Positions 58,158-64,000 of a stretch of DNA of 64,000 nt are shown here, piece after piece. Each line of letters starts with the position of its first letter. Position 1 is the first letter of the stretch. The DNA is from an uncultured Holophaga sp. GTDB taxonomy: Bacteria; Acidobacteriota; Holophagae; Holophagales; Holophagaceae. The notes under the pieces are model-generated. The model was not told where the DNA came from. It saw only the letters and a list, made by a program, of their open reading frames with translations, and made no database searches. Position numbers and translations under genes: made by a program. The stretch is taken from assembly GCA_963664825.1 (NCBI GenBank), contig OY761614.1:288001-352000 (forward strand), in the 5' to 3' direction.

Positions 58158-61100
58158 CTAGCTGCACCCCGTGGTGGCACCGCAGGTCTGGCACTTGAGG
58201 CAGGCGCCGTTGCGCACCAGGGTCAGGTGGCCGCATTCCGGGCAGGGATCGCCCGTGTAGCCCTTCTCCCGAGCGGTCCGGTAGGCCGCCGCGGCGGGCT
58301 GGACGGCTCCCGCGTGGGCGTGGACATGCATGGGCTCCGGGGCAGGCACGGGCTGAAGCTCAGGGCCAGAAGTTGTGGTCTCAGGGAAGAGCGGCGTCAT
58401 ACCGCCATTGCCGGCGCTGCTGATGCCGGGGGCATGGCTCTCGCGCTTGAGCCCACCGGCCAGCTGCATGAGCTGCTCGGGCTCCACCTGGGCCAGTTCG
58501 AATCGCCCCAGGTAGCTGATGGCCAATTCCCGGAACACGAAATCGATGAGGCTGGTGGAGAACTTCACCGTGTCGGAGCCCTGGATCATGCCATTGGGCT
58601 CGAAGCGGGTGAAGAGGAAGGCGTCGCAGAATTCTTCCAGGGGAACCCCGTGCTGGAGTCCCATGGAGACCGCGATGGCGAAGCAGTTGAGGACGGCGCG
58701 GAAGGCGGCTCCCTCCTTGTGGATATCCAGGAAGATCTCTCCCAGGGTGCCGTCCTCGTATTCGCCCGTGCGCAGGTAGAGTTTGGTGCCCCCCACAGTG
58801 GCCGCCTGGGTATAGCCGCCGCGGCGATTGGGCAGCTTGCGGCGGTAGGTGCGCACCACCTGCTGGGCCATGGCCTGAGCCACCGCCTGCACCTTGTCGA
58901 CCTTGGGCGCCTCATCGTCAACAAGAGTCTCCAAGCCATCGAGGAGATCGAGGTTGGTGGCCAGGGGCTGGCTCATCTTCGAACCATCCCTGTAGAGGGC
59001 CACGGCCTTGATCATGTACTTCCAGCTCTGCTCGTAGATCTCGCCCACCTGCGCCACGGTGTAATCCGCGGGGAGGTTGATGGTCTTGCTGATGGCGCCC
59101 GAGAGGAAGGGCTGGGCGGCGCCCATCATGCGGATATGCCCCATGGGAGCGATGTAGCGCTGCCCCTTGCGCCCACACTTATTGGCGCAATCGAAGATGG
59201 GAATATGCTCGGCCTTGAGGTGGGGCGCGCCTTCCACGGTCATGGTGCCGGCCAGCGCAGCCAGGAAGGTGGCCGCAACGTCTTCTCCAAAGGCGACCTT
59301 CAGCTTCTCCACGGGCACCACGAAGCTAGGATCGAAGGCCGTGGGGAGCTTGGCTTCCCAGCCCTTGATCTCCTCTTCGGAGAAACCCTTCCCGATCAGC
59401 TCCTGGCGGGTGATGCCGGGGGTCTCACCTGTGATCTTGAGCCAGCCCACCACGTAGCGTTCGATATCCAGGATCTGCTGGGGGTCGTAGCCCAGGCGCA
59501 TGAGGGCCTCGGGAATGGCGCCATTGACGAGCTTGAAGTAGCCTCCGCCCGCCAGCTTCTTGAACTTCACCAAGGCAAAATCCGGTTCGACCCCTGTGGT
59601 GTCGCAGTCCATCAACAGGCCGATGGTGCCCGTAGGTGCCAACACCGTCACCTGGGCATTGCGGAAGCCATGCTGCTCACCCAGGGCCAAGGCCTGGTCC
59701 CAGCTTTCCCGGGAGGCCTCCACGAGGGACTTGGGAATGCCCGTGCCCTTGAGTCCCCGCGGCGGGATGGAGAGGCTCTCGTACTCGGAGGCTGGCGCAT
59801 CGTAGGCCGCGCGACGGTGGTTGCGGATCACCCGCAGCATGGCGTTCCTGTTGGGCTCGTATCCTGGGAAGGGGCCCAGTTCGCCAGCCATTTCCGCACT
59901 GGCCGCATAGGCGTCCCCGGTGAGGATGGCCGTGAGGGCCGCGCACCACTGGGTGCCCGCTTCGCTATCGTAGGGAATGCCCATGCGCATCAGCATGGCG
60001 CCGAGATTGGCGTAACCCAGGCCCAGGGTGCGGTACTCGTAGCTGAGCTTGGCGATGGCTTCGCTGGGAAACTGGGCCATCAGCACCGAGATCTCCAAGA
60101 CGACAGTCCAGAGCCGGATCGCGTGGCGGTAGCCCACCAGGTCGAAACCGCCGTCGGAGGTGAGGAAGGCGCACAGGTTTAAGGAAGCCAAATTGCAGGC
60201 CGTGTCATCCAGGAACATGTACTCGGAGCAGGGATTGCTCCCATTGATCCGGCCCGCCTGGGGACAGGTGTGCCAATCGTTGATGGTGGTATCGAACTGG
60301 ACACCGGGGTCCGCACAGGCCCAGGCCGCATGGTTCACCTTGGCCCACAGATCCTTGGCGCGAAGGTTCTTCAGGGGCTTGCCGTCCACACGCCGAGTGA
60401 GCTGCCAGTCGCCGTCCCGCTCCAGGGCCCGCATGAAGGAATCCGGCACCCGCACCGAATTATTGGAATTCTGCCCCCCCACGGTCGCGTAGGCCTCCCC
60501 ATCCCAGGTGGTGTCGTACTGTTTGAGGTTGCGGGCGAAGTCGCCCTGCTCCAGGCGCCCCAGGCACTGGGCCAGGAAAGCAGCCGGCACGCCCTCCTTC
60601 TTGGCATGGGCCAAGGCCTTGCGTAACTTCTCGTTGGCGATGGGGTTGGCATCGCGGGTGGTCGAGCCCTCCACGGCCTCGCACATGGCGTTCCAGTGCT
60701 TGCCCAGCAGGATGGACCCGGCGGCCATCATGGCCACCTTGCGTTCCTCGCTGACCTTCCATTGGATGAAGGCTTCGATATCGGGGTGATCGAGATCCAG
60801 GGTCACCATCTTGGCGGCGCGACGCGTGGTGCCGCCGGACTTGATGGCCCCGGCGGCCCGGTCACCTACCGCCAGGAAGCTCATCAGGCCCGAGGAGCGC
60901 CCACCCCCGGAGAGGGGTTCCTCGGAGCCGCGGATGCGGGAGAAGTTGCTGCCCGTGCCCGAGCCGTATTTAAAGATGCGGGCCTCGCGCATCCAGAGAT
61001 CCATGATCCCGCCAGGGTTCACCAAATCGTCGCTGACACTCTGGATGAAGCAGGCATGGGGCTGGGGCCGTTCATAGGCACTGGTGGAGGGCTCAACCTT

Positions 61101-61553
61101 GCCCGTCGCAGGATTCACGAAGAAGTGGCCCTGGGCCGGCCCCGAGATCCCGTAGGCGTAGTGCAGGCCCGTATTGAACCACTGGGGGCTATTGGGCGCG
61201 CACATCTGGTTGGCGAGCATGAAGACCAGTTCGTCGTAGAAGGCCTGGGCATCCTCGGCGGAGGCGAAGTAGCCGTGGTTCTCGCCCCAATGCCGCCAGC
61301 AGCCCGCCAGCCGGTGAAAGACCTGGCGGGAATCCTTCTCGCCGCCCCCCGAGGCGTCGATGCCCTTCCGCCGGAAATACTTCTGGGCCAGGATATCCAC
61401 CGCCACCTGGGACCAGCTCTCCGGCACCAGGACATCCTTGGCCTCGAATACCACTGTGCCATCCAGCTTGGTGATGCGGCTCAGGCGGGGCACGAACGGA
61501 ATGCCCTCCAGTGCATCGTGGCCAACCTTGGTGAAGTGGCGAGAGATCTTCAT
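58158..61553 (-). CDS. nrdJ: Vitamin B12-dependent (class II) ribonucleotide reductase
   Basis: [39 protein letters not shown]-terminal CPECG...CQTCG. Confidence 0.96.
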   Translation of the reverse strand: MKISRHFTKVGHDALEGIPFVPRLSRITKLDGTVVFEAKDVLVPESWSQVAVDILAQKYFRRKGIDASGGGEKDSRQVFHRLAGCWRHWGENHGYFASAEDAQAFYDELVFMLANQMCAPNSPQWFNTGLHYAYGISGPAQGHFFVNPATGKVEPSTSAYERPQPHACFIQSVSDDLVNPGGIMDLWMREARIFKYGSGTGSNFSRIRGSEEPLSGGGRSSGLMSFLAVGDRAAGAIKSGGTTRRAAKMVTLDLDHPDIEAFIQWKVSEERKVAMMAAGSILLGKHWNAMCEAVEGSTTRDANPIANEKLRKALAHAKKEGVPAAFLAQCLGRLEQGDFARNLKQYDTTWDGEAYATVGGQNSNNSVRVPDSFMRALERDGDWQLTRRVDGKPLKNLRAKDLWAKVNHAAWACADPGVQFDTTINDWHTCPQAGRINGSNPCSEYMFLDDTACNLASLNLCAFLTSDGGFDLVGYRHAIRLWTVVLEISVLMAQFPSEAIAKLSYEYRTLGLGYANLGAMLMRMGIPYDSEAGTQWCAALTAILTGDAYAASAEMAGELGPFPGYEPNRNAMLRVIRNHRRAAYDAPASEYESLSIPPRGLKGTGIPKSLVEASRESWDQALALGEQHGFRNAQVTVLAPTGTIGLLMDCDTTGVEPDFALVKFKKLAGGGYFKLVNGAIPEALMRLGYDPQQILDIERYVVGWLKITGETPGITRQELIGKGFSEEEIKGWEAKLPTAFDPSFVVPVEKLKVAFGEDVAATFLAALAGTMTVEGAPHLKAEHIPIFDCANKCGRKGQRYIAPMGHIRMMGAAQPFLSGAISKTINLPADYTVAQVGEIYEQSWKYMIKAVALYRDGSKMSQPLATNLDLLDGLETLVDDEAPKVDKVQAVAQAMAQQVVRTYRRKLPNRRGGYTQAATVGGTKLYLRTGEYEDGTLGEIFLDIHKEGAAFRAVLNCFAIAVSMGLQHGVPLEEFCDAFLFTRFEPNGMIQGSDTVKFSTSLIDFVFRELAISYLGRFELAQVEPEQLMQLAGGLKRESHAPGISSAGNGGMTPLFPETTTSGPELQPVPAPEPMHVHAHAGAVQPAAAAYRTAREKGYTGDPCPECGHLTLVRNGACLKCQTCGATTGCS

Positions 61554-61694
61554 GGGGGGTGCTCCGAAGGCAACAGAAGAGATGGCACGGGCCGCACCCG
61601 TGCCATGAATTTTTTGAATCCCCAACAACCCTCGGCCTCGGCATCCAAGGCAACAGGGGGGAACCGCAAGCGATTGTGTCGGACTCAAAGGATC

Positions 61695-61761
61695 ACCCCA
61701 AGATGTAGGGGTGTCAAGGGACCCGTACCCTGGTTTTTTATCTAGCACCCAAGACATTGGA
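61695..61761 (-). promoter_or_regulatory. nrdJ promoter with candidate NrdR boxes
   Basis: Minus strand TTGACA (61717-61712) directly followed by near-palindrome CCCCTACATCTTGGGGT; second weaker box TCCAATGTCTTGGGTG at 61761-61746. Confidence 0.65.
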
Positions 61762-61897
61762 AATGCGTGGCTTCTTCACTCTCAGGCCCGCTGGGCCGGG
61801 TTCTGCTAGGCTGATGGCAAGCCGGGCCCCATGCATCGGCCCCCGTCGAACCTGGTCAGATCGGAAGAAGCAGCCATAAGACGAAGGGTCGAGTGCC

Positions 61898-62258
61898 GTG
61901 GTAAGCCCGGCCCTCCTTTTGCGTCGAGCGCCGCAGGTGCGGGACGGACGCTGCTACGCAGCGTTCGTCGGCAAAAGGAATCCCCATAGCCTGCCAAGCC
62001 GCGTAGCGGATTGGCAGATGCAAGAGATCCTCTCTCGAAGACGGCGCCCCTTTGGTCAGGCCGGGCTTACCACCCGATCGAGCTGCGCCGCCATCTATCG
62101 GACGCTTTGCGTCCTCCCACTCGCTGATGCTTGTGGAGATGGAGGGCTTGCCCTCTCGGGTCGCCACTGGCCTACGCGCCAAGAGGAGCCCCGCTCCGCG
62201 GGCTCGAGGCGCCCGCTGCACGACCCGCTAAAGGCGCGCATGTGGTAAGCCCGGCCCT
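61898..62258. repeat. REP/REPIN-like cluster: three alternating copies of GTGGTAAGCCCGGCC enclosing multi-hairpin interiors
   Basis: Copies at 61898 (+), 62059-62073 (-), 62242 (+); degenerate copy near 61815. Confidence 0.85.
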
Positions 62259-62379
62259 TCGATCGCCCCTACCTTATCCATCCCTCTGCCTGAACCTCTG
62301 TTTCGAGCGGCGCATCTGGAAGGATGCCCTCCCACCCTTGAGTGGGGTTTTCTTTCCTGCCTTTCCCGGGAGCCTATCC

Positions 62380-63000
62380 ATGCGCCGCCTCCTTCCCTCC
62401 CTTTCCCTGCTGACGCTCCTGGCCTGTTCGGCCAAGCCTGAATTCATCTATGAAGCCCGCCCGGACGCCTCCCTGGAGACCTACCGAACGATGGCCTTTG
62501 ATCCTCGGAAAGTGGCCTGGGTATTGGAGGGGCAGCACCCTGTGCGAGCCGAAAACCTGCAACGCCTCGTCCGAGAGGCCCTGGAAACGCGGGGCTTCCG
62601 CCAGGTGGAACCGGAGGCCGCAGATATCTGGGTGGATGTCATCACCATGATGCCCAACCAAGGTGAAGCGTCCCGCGGGCCGGCACCTGAGCAGGGCGAA
62701 GGCGGACCTGGCGGAGCCGGGGGACATGGCGGGGGGCGAGGGGGAGGTGGCAGGCACGGCGCCTCCGGCAGTGGCCCCATCCGACACCCCATGGGCCTGG
62801 AGGGCTTCGACCCCAGTGGGGAGCTGACCTTCACCGTCCAGATCCTCACGCGAACCAATGCGCAGCCCCTGTGGACCGGTACCGTCCACCTGCCAGCCCA
62901 GAAGAAGGGCGAACAGCCCGACCGCCGAGTCTCCATGCAGGGGGTGGTGCGTCAACTCCTGGATCCGCTGCCGCGCAGCCAGGGGGCGGCTGTGCATTAG
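62380..63000 (+). CDS. DUF4136-like lipoprotein
   Basis: LTLLAC lipobox, YRTMAF, LETRGFRQV, GELTFTVQI...PLWTG; Gly-rich loop. Confidence 0.7.
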   Translation: MRRLLPSLSLLTLLACSAKPEFIYEARPDASLETYRTMAFDPRKVAWVLEGQHPVRAENLQRLVREALETRGFRQVEPEAADIWVDVITMMPNQGEASRGPAPEQGEGGPGGAGGHGGGRGGGGRHGASGSGPIRHPMGLEGFDPSGELTFTVQILTRTNAQPLWTGTVHLPAQKKGEQPDRRVSMQGVVRQLLDPLPRSQGAAVH

Positions 63001-63024
63001 ACCATCACGGATGGGCCCCAGGCA

Positions 63025-63459
63025 TCATTTCCGTTTTTTAGCCTCGCCCCTCACCACCAGCACATCACAAGGGGCGTGTTTCACCACCCGGGCGGCCGTG
63101 GAACCAAAGAGCAGGCGCTCCAGGCCCGAATGTCCCACCTGGGCCACCACGAGCAGGCATTCCGGCGTGGCCTCGCCCACCAGTTCCTCGGCGGGACTGC
63201 CCCACTTCACGATCGCCTGGGCGCCGGGGATCTCCTGGATCAGGACTTCCAGTTCTTCCCGGGCATGGTCCTCCATGGCCTTGAGCCATGTGGGATCCGG
63301 CAAGGCGATCTGCGCCTCGGGCAGCATGGGCGCCGGAGGTTGAAGCACGTGCATGGCCACCAGGGGCACGTCTATACGTGCCGCCCAGGCTGCACCCCGT
63401 TCCAGAGCCAACCTAGAGGATTCCGAGAAATCGACACCGACGAGGATGCGCTGGATCAT
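63025..63459 (-). CDS. Universal stress protein
   Basis: ILVGVDFSESS, FGSTAARVVKHAPCDVLVV. Confidence 0.93.
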   Translation of the reverse strand: MIQRILVGVDFSESSRLALERGAAWAARIDVPLVAMHVLQPPAPMLPEAQIALPDPTWLKAMEDHAREELEVLIQEIPGAQAIVKWGSPAEELVGEATPECLLVVAQVGHSGLERLLFGSTAARVVKHAPCDVLVVRGEAKKRK

Positions 63460-63603
63460 GGCTTCGCTCCGGAAGAGGGTTAGTACTAGCATAGGTCGAG
63501 ACGCCTGAATGGCGAGGGAAGGGATAGCAGGTTCCTGTCATGGATTGGATGTTCAAACATCCAATCTCTAAACGGGCGCTTCCAAGGGCCCGCAGGAGTT
63601 CCT

Positions 63604-64000
63604 ATGATCCGCATCCGGCCCTCCGCAGAGCGCGGCCATTTCGATTTTGGATGGCTCAACACGCGCCACACTTTCGCCTTCGGGGATTACCGCGATCCCG
63701 AGCACACGCAGTTCCGCGCCCTGCGGGTCCTCAACGAGGACCGCATCGCCCCTAGCCAGGGCTTCGGCACCCATCCCCACCAGGACATGGAGATCCTCAC
63801 CTGGGTGTTGGAGGGCGCCCTGGAACACAAGGACAGCCAAGGCGGCGGCGGCACGATCCGCCCCGGCGAGCTGCAGCGTATGAGCGCGGGCACAGGCATC
63901 CTCCACAGTGAATTCAACGCCTCGGCCACGGACCCCGTCCATCTGCTCCAGATCTGGATCCTGCCTGAAGCCCAGAACCTGGCGCCCCGCTACGGCCAGA
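63604..64000 (+). CDS. Pirin-family protein (YhhW-like), runs off the window end
   Basis: [49 protein letters not shown]. Confidence 0.93.
   Translation, partial: MIRIRPSAERGHFDFGWLNTRHTFAFGDYRDPEHTQFRALRVLNEDRIAPSQGFGTHPHQDMEILTWVLEGALEHKDSQGGGGTIRPGELQRMSAGTGILHSEFNASATDPVHLLQIWILPEAQNLAPRYGQ

Noticed and set aside
61554..61757. N-terminal extension of NrdJ, or an intein in NrdJ
   Set aside because: The extension covers the promoter and operator, and homology begins at MKISRHFT. No intein splice motifs were seen.
61554..62379. Cobalamin riboswitch upstream of nrdJ
   Set aside because: No B12-box or GGGAA/GCCACTG core arrangement recognised. The structure is better explained by inverted REP-like repeats.

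Overview
A GC-rich bacterial chromosomal segment. The gene content (Oar-type TonB receptor, SpoIVB-like peptidase with a beta-propeller partner, lpxA/fabZ) suggests Acidobacteriota, possibly Holophagae; this is an inference. Most of the window is housekeeping or signalling genes: cobB, era-lpxA-fabZ, phoBR, rsmE, nadC, ymdB, tRNA-Pro(CGG), ttcA, rlmI, two AspT/YidE exchangers, mtgA, glgC and class II nrdJ. The accessory material has five parts. (1) Three apparently identical 1629-bp single-ORF IS66-family elements, each with its own 8-bp target duplication. (2) An integron-type gene-cassette array with no integrase in view (CALIN) downstream of tRNA-Pro. It has two intact 124-bp attC sites followed by progressively decayed ones, and carries a CatB/Vat-like acetyltransferase. 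(3) A FitA/VapC toxin-antitoxin pair bracketed by 125-bp palindromic direct repeats, next to a duplicated cobB 5' end. (4) Intergenic structured repeats whose hairpins use c-GNA-g loops, including a tandem array with a 109-bp period and clear compensatory base changes. (5) A WYL-WCX protein whose HTH is replaced by a histone-H1-like tail, upstream of an IscR-box-controlled Rrf2-ttcA-HEPN unit. All calls come from motif recognition by eye; no database searches were run.
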